Positions 38,161-47,227 of a stretch of 64,000 bases of DNA are shown in pieces. Within the stretch, counting starts at the first letter, position 1; every line of letters begins with the position of its first letter. The stretch is from Nitrososphaeria archaeon (GTDB lineage: Archaea; Thermoproteota; Nitrososphaeria; Nitrososphaerales; JAAOZN01). A program made the position numbers and the translations under genes. The stretch lies in NCBI GenBank assembly GCA_029775855.1, contig JARVJZ010000004.1, positions 1 to 64,000 of the forward strand, read 5' to 3'. The notes beneath the pieces are model-generated. The model was not told the DNA's origin and ran no database searches. It saw only the letters and a list, made by a program, of their open reading frames with translations.

Positions 38161-39486
38161 CTATCGACGATAAAGGTTATTGTAAACACAGAAAGGAATA
38201 AGTTTATCATCCAGAACCACATGTACGCAGCACTTCATACATCTTTTCAAATCGAAGTTCCAAGCATCCTGAAAAGAATGAACTTGTATACTCATAACAT
38301 TATCTATCAAGTTCGTACTTGCGGAGCAGCAACATCTTATGCTATCTAACACATGCTCTGAACCAGGTGTAGCAGACATACTCCAAAGTTTATCAAGCGC
38401 CGCTGCCACCATCGGATCTTGATGCTTAGGTCTCTCACCATACGCACCAAGATATTCTGAAACGTCGCAATAGCGTGTCAAGGGGATGAGGTGCTCACCA
38501 GTATTGAACGTATATGTTAACGCACTGCAATGGCTGTCTGGACACGGAACAGGTATGAAGTCCGAAGCATGAATCTCTCTGTTTGTATGCTCCACTATCG
38601 TTCTGATAATGTCAGGTGCAGTTATGCGATGTAGAGGATTCAAAAATTCTTTTCTCAATCTACCAACAAAGGCTATCGGTGTAAAGATCAAACCATCAAT
38701 CCGCATCTTCTTAGCAAAATCTAAGATATGCCCTATCTGTAGATCGTTAACCCCTTTTACTACCGTGACACTTAGACTGATTTTTAAGCCGGCACACTTG
38801 GCCGCATCTATTGCTTTTTTCTTCAAAGAGAGAAGGTTTGAGCCGCGCATAAACTGGTATACATCGTCGTTAAGCGAGTCAAAGGAAAGGCTAAGTTCTT
38901 TTAGCCCTGCCTTTGAAAGTTCGTAGGCTAAACCAGGATTTCTAGCCAAGTTCACTCCATTTGAGTTTAAAGTTATGTTTGCGTAGCCGAGCTTATGTGC
39001 TTCAGCAACAAGATCTACAAGATCGGATCTTAATGTAGGTTCTCCACCAGTTATGACAAGACTTGGATTTTCACATTCACAGCTAGAAAGAAACCTTAAC
39101 CTATTTACCAGATCCTCTAATGTAGGTTCCTCACCAGCCATATTTGAAGATGCATAGCAAATTGGGCAGTTTTGGTCACATCTCCCTGAAACCTCCAATA
39201 GTCCAACACAAGTATGCTGTTGATGCTCAGCACAAAGACCACAGTCCCAAGGGCAACCTAAATTTTTAGAAGTAGCGTAGCGTTTTATAAGATACTTCTT
39301 TCCTGTCTGATTATATTTCTCAGCATTACGGTAGAAGTCAGCATCACTACATATAAGAGATTTTAACATCCCATGCTCTGGACATTCTTTGGCCATATAT
39401 ATTTGAGAATCTTCTTGATATATTCTAGCTTTTATTAAAGTGTTGCAAAAAGGGCATAGGCTATAGGTATCGCCTTTTGATTCCAA
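38161..39486 (-). CDS. COG1964-family radical SAM protein (Tes/Mss/TrsS-like)
   Basis: N-terminal CPFC...CPEHG, GCPWDCGLC..H.QHTC, CDQNCPIC and C-terminal FQDAWNFD.KRC.KCCVH...IPFCVYN. Confidence 0.88.
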   Translation of the reverse strand: MESKGDTYSLCPFCNTLIKARIYQEDSQIYMAKECPEHGMLKSLICSDADFYRNAEKYNQTGKKYLIKRYATSKNLGCPWDCGLCAEHQQHTCVGLLEVSGRCDQNCPICYASSNMAGEEPTLEDLVNRLRFLSSCECENPSLVITGGEPTLRSDLVDLVAEAHKLGYANITLNSNGVNLARNPGLAYELSKAGLKELSLSFDSLNDDVYQFMRGSNLLSLKKKAIDAAKCAGLKISLSVTVVKGVNDLQIGHILDFAKKMRIDGLIFTPIAFVGRLRKEFLNPLHRITAPDIIRTIVEHTNREIHASDFIPVPCPDSHCSALTYTFNTGEHLIPLTRYCDVSEYLGAYGERPKHQDPMVAAALDKLWSMSATPGSEHVLDSIRCCCSASTNLIDNVMSIQVHSFQDAWNFDLKRCMKCCVHVVLDDKLIPFCVYNNLYRR

Positions 39487-39599
39487 CTCTAAACACTAAC
39501 TGACTAACTAGACTTAAATGTTACTCTACGAGTTGCATCCCGTCAATCTTCTTCAACCATTATCAGTTAAAGATATTAATTTTCCTCTAGCATTCTATT

Positions 39600-40187
39600 T
39601 TGATGGATAAGATTAGGGTAGATGAGCGTACCGCACTTATAGTGGTTGATGTGCAGAATGACTTCTGCCCAGGAGGCGCTTTACCAGTTCCTGAAGGCGA
39701 CAGAGTTGTGCCTATAATCAACTGTTATATCGACATCTTTAGAGAGGCTGGTGCACCCATCTTCTTCACACGTGATTGGCACCCTAAAGACCACATATCC
39801 TTCAAGGGCTATGGTGGCATATGGCCTCCTCATTGTGTGCAAAATACTTGGGGTGCTGCTTTCCACCCGGCTCTTAAAGTGGGTGAAGAGGATGTGGTTG
39901 TTTCAAAGGGTTTTGAGCGGCTGAAGGAAGCGTACTCTGGCTTTGAGGGTACAGACCTTGATGAGCGTTTGAGAAGACTGTGTGTGGAGAGGCTGCTGGT
40001 CGGCGGGCTAGCTACTGATTACTGTGTTAAGAATACTGTGTTGGACGGTTTGAAAAGAGGGTACCGAGTATTTTTGCTTGAAGATGCTGTGCGTGGTGTA
40101 GATGTTAAGGTAGGGGATAGCATTAGAGCGGTGGAAGAGATGGTTAAGTCGGGAGCGGTGAAGATAACACTTAAAGACCTTTTGTAA
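39600..40187 (+). CDS. pncA: nicotinamidase/pyrazinamidase
   Basis: VDVQNDFCPGGAL, RDWHP, WPPHCV, YSGF and GLATDYCV. Confidence 0.95.
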   Translation: MMDKIRVDERTALIVVDVQNDFCPGGALPVPEGDRVVPIINCYIDIFREAGAPIFFTRDWHPKDHISFKGYGGIWPPHCVQNTWGAAFHPALKVGEEDVVVSKGFERLKEAYSGFEGTDLDERLRRLCVERLLVGGLATDYCVKNTVLDGLKRGYRVFLLEDAVRGVDVKVGDSIRAVEEMVKSGAVKITLKDLL

Positions 40188-40231
40188 GGCAGCACTCTAG
40201 ATGCATCATCACATTTAGAGGAGTATCTTTC

Positions 40232-40552
40232 TTACCGCATTATTGGGCTATTCTCGCTGATCTGCTCGAGAATGTTTAGGTATGCGCGTAAAATGTTGAA
40301 GCCTTTTTGTGTCAACTCGTATCTCCTTCTATTACCAAATTCGAATTCAGCTAAGAAGCCGTTTTCAACAAGGCTCCTAAGGTGTGTCTGGAGAATCGCC
40401 CAAGATATGTTTGCTTTATACATTATTTGTGTTGGTTTCTCTATACCCTCTTTTACGATGCGAAGAATGTCCATCTTAATCTCAAGATGAGAGCGGCGAA
40501 TAAGCTTTTGAGACTTACCAACAACATTCTGTTCGAGTTTCTCCACGTTCAC
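40232..40552 (-). CDS. winged helix-turn-helix transcription regulator
   Basis: RRSHLEIKMDIL...PTQIMYKANISW...YELTQKG archaeal wHTH signature. Confidence 0.9.
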   Translation of the reverse strand: MNVEKLEQNVVGKSQKLIRRSHLEIKMDILRIVKEGIEKPTQIMYKANISWAILQTHLRSLVENGFLAEFEFGNRRRYELTQKGFNILRAYLNILEQISENSPIMR

Positions 40553-40628
40553 ACCTCTTTTTAGAAGTTAAGAAGGAGGAGATATATATGGTTTAGTGTG
40601 TTCAAATCTGTACCGCAAATCTATTAAA

Positions 40629-42356
40629 TTATAGTGGAAATGGCATAAATGCTCTAAGTAAACATACCGCTGTGACGGTCATTACTACGAGAATTAGAGA
40701 ATGTTTGAACCCTTGAGCTACGCTACTTTCACCCATCTTGCCTGCTACAAGCCCTATTATCCAGCTTTGAAATACCGCTGCGGTAAGCAACATGTCTGTC
40801 GTAGACTTTAAGCTGGCTTGTGTGGTAAGTGGGTTGGCGATGTGTGTAGATGCAAGTGGCTGCATTATGAAGAATATAGTGAGGAATAGGCTGACTACCA
40901 TCAATATCGCTGAGAAGTATGTAATAAATACATATGGTTTAAGTGAAGAGCGTTTTGACCGCTCTAACTCATCTACTTTATACGTGAATGTGGCCATCTC
41001 AACAAAGCTTTTTAGCGTTCCGCCTCCAACATCTATCACCTCCATAACAATGCTTCCTATTACCTTAGTGAGCCAGCTGTTGACTTCCGTGTTGAATGTT
41101 GAAATTACTTTTCGTAGCGGAAGCCCCCAGCTAAGTTGATAGCTCATCTTCTTGATGTGCTTCGTCAAATTACCATAATTCCTATCAGCTAGTGACTCTA
41201 TACACTTTTCAGGAGAAAGCCCCATCTTTCTACCCTCAGCAATGCCTTTAAGAAAGAGTGGAAGCATCTTCTCTAAGGCATACCTATTCTTTGCTTCACG
41301 GTATGCTTGAACTCCTGGTAAAGCTACGCAAACCATAAGCGCTACGGCTGTGATCATATAATGTGGTATAAGGTGTGCGGCACTGTATCTGAGCATAAAG
41401 TAGATGAGTCCACCAACTATTGATGAGATAAAAAAGAGCTTGTATGATCTCCAGTCCATAAACGGCTGCTTAAACTGAATCTGATCTAAAATCCAGATGT
41501 AAATAAAGGATATGAGAGGCACACCTAAAAATGAGAATAGAAGTATGCTCTCTAGACCCGTATTCAGGTTTGATAACATAGTCTGCATCTGATATACCGC
41601 AAAAAGGCTAATCCCCAGCACAGCGGTTAGGATGATGTACGATTCAGCTAGCATACTTATTGTGTCTGAGGCTCTTTTGATCCTAGCACTTCTTTCTTCA
41701 TATATTTCGCTTAGTTTTACGTTAAGGTAGTTTACATGGTCCCCGCCCATCTTTAGAGTTGTGGTGTAGCCGTTAAGAAAGTCTGAAAATGTTCTGTTAG
41801 GGTTGTATTTGGCAGCTTTCTCTAACGCTGAGAGTGGGTCTAAGCCGAACACATCTATATCAACCAATATTCTCTTGGCTTCTTTTGAGGACGCAGGGAA
41901 GATGCTGCTCAACTCCGCTATCCTCCTTAAGGCGATTATAGGCGACAAACCGCCACCCGCCATAGCCGCCATAAAGCCTATCAGAAAAGGGATCTCAGTA
42001 TCAAGAGCAGCTGCACGAGAAGACTGACTAAATTTAGGTGCGTTCCACACAAGTAAAAATGCTAGGGGTGGTACTAAAATTAGAAGAGCGGTTGGGGTTA
42101 CGCCTGCGATTATGCCTAAGATACATCCAAGTGTCGCTACAATAACTGATAATGTGGTAACAAGAAGTGCTACGGAAACCAAGCCTTGAGGAGACACATG
42201 TAGATCTGATTTGAGGAGTTCTTCTTTTAATTCTGGCGTTGCTCTTGAAATCGATTCTGCGTAACGTTGGAATATTCTGTACGCAAATCCTGTGAACTTG
42301 TCGAAAAAGCTGAGGTTCATGTCTAAACGTTCTGAATTGAATCTCCTTACATTCAT
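40629..42356 (-). CDS. type IV pilus/T2SS-F membrane platform protein (TadC/ArlJ-like)
   Basis: Two T2SSF-like domains with TM blocks and C-terminal GLVAGKMGE; follows the ATPase gene. Confidence 0.9.
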   Translation of the reverse strand: MNVRRFNSERLDMNLSFFDKFTGFAYRIFQRYAESISRATPELKEELLKSDLHVSPQGLVSVALLVTTLSVIVATLGCILGIIAGVTPTALLILVPPLAFLLVWNAPKFSQSSRAAALDTEIPFLIGFMAAMAGGGLSPIIALRRIAELSSIFPASSKEAKRILVDIDVFGLDPLSALEKAAKYNPNRTFSDFLNGYTTTLKMGGDHVNYLNVKLSEIYEERSARIKRASDTISMLAESYIILTAVLGISLFAVYQMQTMLSNLNTGLESILLFSFLGVPLISFIYIWILDQIQFKQPFMDWRSYKLFFISSIVGGLIYFMLRYSAAHLIPHYMITAVALMVCVALPGVQAYREAKNRYALEKMLPLFLKGIAEGRKMGLSPEKCIESLADRNYGNLTKHIKKMSYQLSWGLPLRKVISTFNTEVNSWLTKVIGSIVMEVIDVGGGTLKSFVEMATFTYKVDELERSKRSSLKPYVFITYFSAILMVVSLFLTIFFIMQPLASTHIANPLTTQASLKSTTDMLLTAAVFQSWIIGLVAGKMGESSVAQGFKHSLILVVMTVTAVCLLRAFMPFPL

Positions 42357-42357
42357 T

Positions 42358-43950
42358 CTAAAACACTTCCGCCTCGATCTCTACATCCATCTTCGGCAGT
42401 TCGGCTGATATCTTAGAAAACATGCTGTTGGGGGATGAGGCGTAATCTTCTAAAATCAGAGAGAGTTCTTTGTAGTTTCTGATGTTCTTTTGCTGAACCC
42501 ATTTCAACACAAGACTTCTCCTTCTTATCTCATCTTCCAATTCTTCTATCGAGAGGCCAAGGTCTCTTGATAACCTTGCGAGCTTTATGCTCTTCTTAAA
42601 GGGTTGAGCGGTAAATGTGTCTGAAATTGGATCCCACTCGAACATCTTGAGGTAGTTTCCAACGTTTATCACTTCTTCGACCGATACTATTCTTCTAATG
42701 ATCTTTGAACTCGATTGAGAGGGCAACGTGATTCTTTTGATCACAAATACGAGGTCGAGAAATGGTATGAAAGAGGGTGCTACATCCATAGGTTTTGATG
42801 TTAGACGCTGTATAGCTGAAGCTGCATCGTCAGCATGTAGGGTACAAAGCCCTCCATGCCCAGTTCCTATTGCTTGAAATAGCACGTAAGCTTCTTCTCC
42901 CCGCACTTCACCTACTACAAGAATGTCTGGTCTCATCCTCATTGCAACCTTTACAAGATCAAACAGACCAACTTCAGTCGATCTTTCACCACCTGTGTAG
43001 TAGATCGGTCTGGAAGTGAGGGCAACCCAGTTTGAATGTGCTATATTTATCTCTCTGACCTCTTCTATTGTGATGAGTTTTGAATTCATGCGGGTTAGTG
43101 TTAGAAGTGCGTTTAGCAGCGTGGTTTTGCCAGAGCCTGTAGTTCCGACTACTACGGCCGTAGCTCTATTCTCCATCAGCAGCCAAGCATATGCTGCTAA
43201 GGTGTGGTTTAGCACGTTTAGGTTGAGCATATCCACTATGGTGATAGGGTCCTCTCTGAACTTTCGTATTGTGAAGGTGCCGCCGTTGGGCGAAATTTCA
43301 CGCTTATATGTCGCTGATAACCTATGCCCCCCTGGTAGGGTGCCTTGGATTATTGGGTAGGCTGTTGATATATGCTTTCCAGACATGTGACATAATCGTG
43401 TTATTAAGTTGTCTACAGATTCTTCTTCCTTTAGTTTGATGTTGGTTGCGAGGCTCTCGTATCTGCGGTGGAATACAAAGACTGGTCTTCCAACACCGTC
43501 TAAAGATATGTCCTCTATGTTTGGATCTCTCATAAGTCCGTCCAGTATGCCGAATCCTACCAAGTCTCTTTCTGCATAGTAGAGTATCTTGTTCCAAGAG
43601 GTTAAGGAGACTTTTCTCTTATATTTTATCAGCACCCTCTTACCCTGCTGCATAAAGTATTCCCTTGGGTTGATCTTATCTCTCGGCACTGTAAGCTCGT
43701 TTTCTAGAATGTTGAGAAGGTGTGTGTATACGCTTGCCTCTATAGGGTTTAGAGGCACCTCGTCCAAGAAGTAGATCTTTGTTGATGAAGAAGGTTCCTG
43801 GGCTATTGTTGCGTAAGCGAATGGTGCGTTTAAAGGGTAGCGCTCCAAGATCTTGTAGGATGCTGGTATAGCTTCGCCAAGCGTGGGGAATCTTAACTGC
43901 TCTTCTTGCTCTCTTGTATTTCTTTTGAGCATCTTAAAGATCTGTACCAA
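42358..43950 (-). CDS. type IV pilus assembly ATPase (TadA/ArlI-like)
   Basis: DPNIEDIS, FTIRKF, GTTGSGKTT, RMRPD..VGEVRG and TGHGG..TLHA. Confidence 0.95.
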   Translation of the reverse strand: MVQIFKMLKRNTREQEEQLRFPTLGEAIPASYKILERYPLNAPFAYATIAQEPSSSTKIYFLDEVPLNPIEASVYTHLLNILENELTVPRDKINPREYFMQQGKRVLIKYKRKVSLTSWNKILYYAERDLVGFGILDGLMRDPNIEDISLDGVGRPVFVFHRRYESLATNIKLKEEESVDNLITRLCHMSGKHISTAYPIIQGTLPGGHRLSATYKREISPNGGTFTIRKFREDPITIVDMLNLNVLNHTLAAYAWLLMENRATAVVVGTTGSGKTTLLNALLTLTRMNSKLITIEEVREINIAHSNWVALTSRPIYYTGGERSTEVGLFDLVKVAMRMRPDILVVGEVRGEEAYVLFQAIGTGHGGLCTLHADDAASAIQRLTSKPMDVAPSFIPFLDLVFVIKRITLPSQSSSKIIRRIVSVEEVINVGNYLKMFEWDPISDTFTAQPFKKSIKLARLSRDLGLSIEELEDEIRRRSLVLKWVQQKNIRNYKELSLILEDYASSPNSMFSKISAELPKMDVEIEAEVF

Positions 43951-43956
43951 AGCTTT

Positions 43957-44961
43957 TCACCCACTGTATAGTGTGGTGACATAAGGTGAATTTTGACCAT
44001 AGTTTGCAGGCGTGCTCCATATTTGACTGTAGTCTACGCCGATCCAGCCGTGAGAGAGTATTAGCACACCAGCTAAGGTGCCAGAAGGTGGAACTTCATC
44101 GCCCGAAAGTGTAACCGGCTGAAATGTGTAAGGTGTTCTTGACGCAAAGACAAGTACTTTTGGCTTATCGTATTCTAGTTCGATGGGTGTGTAGGTGTTT
44201 AATATTGTGTTTGACTGGTTTGAGACTATGTACCAAGTAGCTCTTCTCATGCTTGAACCTACTCCCCAAAACTGAAATATTCTGGTATATCCATCTAGGA
44301 TTATATTCTTCTGGGCTGCGTTAAGATTTGTTACAACAACTGAAAAGGCTGACGAGTATGTGCTGATAAAACTTCTTGGTATTGTGAAGGCTTGACCTTG
44401 ATAATATAATGTTTGGTAGGAGACGCGGTAATACCCATAAGAGTCAAAGTCGAGGTAAAGATCTCCTATAGCTCCACTAGATAGGGCTCTGGCTGCTAAC
44501 TCGTTATTTACAGGAGGGTATGTCGCTGAATATATGTTTCCTCTTTCAGTTAAGAGCTTAACTTGATATTGGGTGGCGCTGCTGTATACTACGTCAGTAT
44601 TTATGGTTTCTGAAGCAAGTGGATTCAAGAAGATAGGTAGCTTTGGAGCTATGGATGTGCTGCTCGTATTATAATATGCAAGTATCTGCCCTTCTTTATT
44701 TCGCACAGTGAGCGCAACTACAGCCGAAGAGATCACACCTTTATTAGTGACCACTACTCTCATTTGATCATTTACAAAGTCCACCATAAGTTCTAACTTT
44801 TCTTTTAATATATCCTGCGCTTGTGCGCTGTTTTCGACATGTGCTCGAACGTAAAGCTTGTTAATCTGATTTACGGCGATTAAGTAAGTAGTTCCTACAG
44901 TAAAGAGCATCGTAAAGAGCATCGCAGCAGCAACAATGCCAGAGACACCCCGCTTTAACAT
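43957..44961 (-). CDS. minor pilin-like protein with C-terminal extension
   Basis: Class III signal peptide KRG|VSGIVAAAML; LLTERGN motif. Confidence 0.75.
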   Translation of the reverse strand: MLKRGVSGIVAAAMLFTMLFTVGTTYLIAVNQINKLYVRAHVENSAQAQDILKEKLELMVDFVNDQMRVVVTNKGVISSAVVALTVRNKEGQILAYYNTSSTSIAPKLPIFLNPLASETINTDVVYSSATQYQVKLLTERGNIYSATYPPVNNELAARALSSGAIGDLYLDFDSYGYYRVSYQTLYYQGQAFTIPRSFISTYSSAFSVVVTNLNAAQKNIILDGYTRIFQFWGVGSSMRRATWYIVSNQSNTILNTYTPIELEYDKPKVLVFASRTPYTFQPVTLSGDEVPPSGTLAGVLILSHGWIGVDYSQIWSTPANYGQNSPYVTTLYSG

Positions 44962-44964
44962 TCT

Positions 44965-45525
44965 TTACCACCTTTGGTAGTATATGAATATGTTTCCGTG
45001 CTTACCTAGTAAATTCACATAGTATGTTCGTCCGTTTACAAAGCCTTGCCATCCTTGAGGTATCAATAATGTGATTGTAGAGGCTTTCCCAGAAGAGAGT
45101 TTGAAGCTGGACAGCCTAGGCACTTCAAGTAAAGGGTTATTGTCTACTAGCACGTAGGTGGTGGGTTCGTTTAGATTTACGACATGAGATGCGTTATATA
45201 AGTAGTATAGCGATCTAGAGTGGTTGTAGACCAAGATTTGGTTGAACTCTAAATCTACTCCTCCACTATTATAGAGCCAGATAGTGACTGAGTTTATAGT
45301 GTAGTTTAAGTCGAGGATAGTAGCTTTCTCGTTAAGAAAGTTAACAACATCTTCCACACTCTTACCGTATAGGTTAACGCTTTCTGTGCTTCGAGCGTTT
45401 ATGTAGTAGAAGATTGCTGAGCCTGAGATGATTGTTATAGTGACTGTGAGAAGAGTAGCCATAAGCTCAGATATTCCAGCTCTCCTACGCATAATACGTG
45501 CAGCACGCATATCTACACGCTTCAC
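44965..45525 (-). CDS. type IV pilin-like protein
   Basis: Class III signal peptide RRRAG|ISELMATLL. Confidence 0.8.
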   Translation of the reverse strand: MKRVDMRAARIMRRRAGISELMATLLTVTITIISGSAIFYYINARSTESVNLYGKSVEDVVNFLNEKATILDLNYTINSVTIWLYNSGGVDLEFNQILVYNHSRSLYYLYNASHVVNLNEPTTYVLVDNNPLLEVPRLSSFKLSSGKASTITLLIPQGWQGFVNGRTYYVNLLGKHGNIFIYYQRW

Positions 45526-45645
45526 AACAACCAGATTTTATATCATTTATGTAGCAATGATATGGATTACTAATATATTTCGAAATAAAAAAATATTCTA
45601 GAAGCGCCACCAGCACCGGCGCTTGACTACGTAGCCCTAACCAGC

Positions 45646-46131
45646 CTATACGAAGGTTCCAACGAAAGGTACTTGGGCACCGTTCGATAGTACAACTGCG
45701 CCTGTGAACTGCTGACCTGAGGTAGGTAGACTACTAAGACCAGTTATATAAATGGTTTGAGTACCGCCAGCTGAGATTGTACCACTACTAGCACTGGCAA
45801 AGTATGTTGAGCCACCATATGTTAGTGAAAGGCCGCTTATGCCTATGCTGCTTGTTCCAGAGTTAACTAATATTATGGTTCCGACATAATTTTGTGGTTC
45901 TTGACCAACTTGGATCACGAATGTTCCTGCTTGTTGCGGAACCGCTATTTGGGCATATGTTACCGAGACTTGTGCTGTTGAGGTTTGTGAGCTGAAGACG
46001 CCGAATATGAATCCGCCTACGGCTACTGCTGCGACGAGTGTGACCGCTACGAGTGTCAGTGTGGCTATGATGGGTGATATCGCTTTCCTCTTGTTTCTAC
46101 ATCTTCCTTGCATAGGCGGATGAAGGTTCAA
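45646..46131 (-). CDS. type IV pilin (probable major pilin)
   Basis: Class III signal peptide KRKA|ISPIIATLTLVAVTLVAAVAVGGF followed by a small beta-rich domain. Confidence 0.88.
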   Translation of the reverse strand: MNLHPPMQGRCRNKRKAISPIIATLTLVAVTLVAAVAVGGFIFGVFSSQTSTAQVSVTYAQIAVPQQAGTFVIQVGQEPQNYVGTIILVNSGTSSIGISGLSLTYGGSTYFASASSGTISAGGTQTIYITGLSSLPTSGQQFTGAVVLSNGAQVPFVGTFV

Positions 46132-46231
46132 CTTAATTTAAAATTCTTGTGGATTCTCGCTTTATCTTCTAAATATGGAATCAGAATACATAAGATTTAA
46201 AATGTGTTACTAGCATCTTTATACCCTTGAT

Positions 46232-46732
46232 ATGGAGCCAGTAACGAAATCGATTATGGACGCATCTATGTTGCGTATAGTGAGGGAGACGCAGAGCACA
46301 CTTGCACAGCTCATAGAGATGCACGATTTACAGACAAACTATACTCTAAGACTCTTGGGTTCATTAAGGTCTCTTCAAGCATTTATCAAAGATACTATTC
46401 CAGTAGACCCGAATAAGCTTGGATGCCCCTATCACAACATCAAAGAAGCATATCTACTACCAGAAGCCCAGATACTAATGATTAGAGAAGATGGCAAAAT
46501 AGCATCCGAATCGCTAACCAGTTTGGAGCCCGCTAAAGTATTAGCAGTACTAGAGGAGTGCCTACCAGCCATCAACCAAATCATAGCAGCGAAGAAGCAG
46601 ATGGTTGAGGAGCGAGTCGAACTGCTTGAGCAGCTGGTAAAGGAGTTCAAGAAGATCAATGAAACACTGAACCCTGTAGATGAAAGTAATTTAGCCGAAG
46701 ATGTTGTTCAAAAGGCGCTTAGTGAAGCATAA
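46232..46732 (+). CDS. hypothetical protein with coiled-coil segments
   Basis: 166-aa ORF divergent from the pilin, with an AT-rich TATA-like upstream region. Confidence 0.75.
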   Translation: MEPVTKSIMDASMLRIVRETQSTLAQLIEMHDLQTNYTLRLLGSLRSLQAFIKDTIPVDPNKLGCPYHNIKEAYLLPEAQILMIREDGKIASESLTSLEPAKVLAVLEECLPAINQIIAAKKQMVEERVELLEQLVKEFKKINETLNPVDESNLAEDVVQKALSEA

Positions 46733-46744
46733 AGAGGAAGACTT

Positions 46745-47227
46745 TTGAACATAAAGCAGGAGAAAGCCCAAGTAATAGATGGGTTGAAGACCTTCTACGA
46801 ATTTGAGGAGCTAAAAGCTTTCGGCAGTGACCTATTAAGATACTATGAAGCGAGAGTGGAGCAATACAGCCAAAGACTAGACACAATGCTTAGGCAACAA
46901 AGTAATGGAAAGGGCGTGGTCAACAAGCCTCAATCTCATATTTCTAGTGGGTGGATTAGAGTCGGAACTTTAGTTGTCAACATGAGTAACCCCGTTCAAG
47001 CGACGACCGAACTCCTCTTTAAGCTGCTTGAAGATGCCAAAGCTAAACTAGATGCGACGAAATCCTTTCTTGAATCGTTAGAGAGTGTCTTAAACATAGG
47101 CGCGAATAAAGAAGTAAACTATCTTCTATGCGTAAGGAATGGTGTCCCAGAGAAAATAATCCTTGAGGAGCGTAAGAGGGGTAAGGAATTTAACTATAAT
47201 GTGAAGCTTCAAGTAGTATCTGATTAG
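46745..47227 (+). CDS. hypothetical protein
   Basis: 160-aa ORF 12 bp downstream of the previous gene, preceded by a GAGG element. Confidence 0.7.
   Translation: MNIKQEKAQVIDGLKTFYEFEELKAFGSDLLRYYEARVEQYSQRLDTMLRQQSNGKGVVNKPQSHISSGWIRVGTLVVNMSNPVQATTELLFKLLEDAKAKLDATKSFLESLESVLNIGANKEVNYLLCVRNGVPEKIILEERKRGKEFNYNVKLQVVSD

Noticed and set aside
38161-39486. Firm call as tetraether lipid synthase tes
   Set aside because: The motifs are shared across COG1964 (Tes, Mss, TrsS-like); the subfamily cannot be resolved without phylogeny.
12161-39599. Integrated mobile element or provirus explaining the accessory region
   Set aside because: No integrase, transposase, tRNA or flanking direct repeat was found by eye.
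40629-46131. Archaellum operon
   Set aside because: No ArlH (KaiC-like) or ArlX/CDE genes, and the filament proteins look like short pilins; called a type IV pilus instead.
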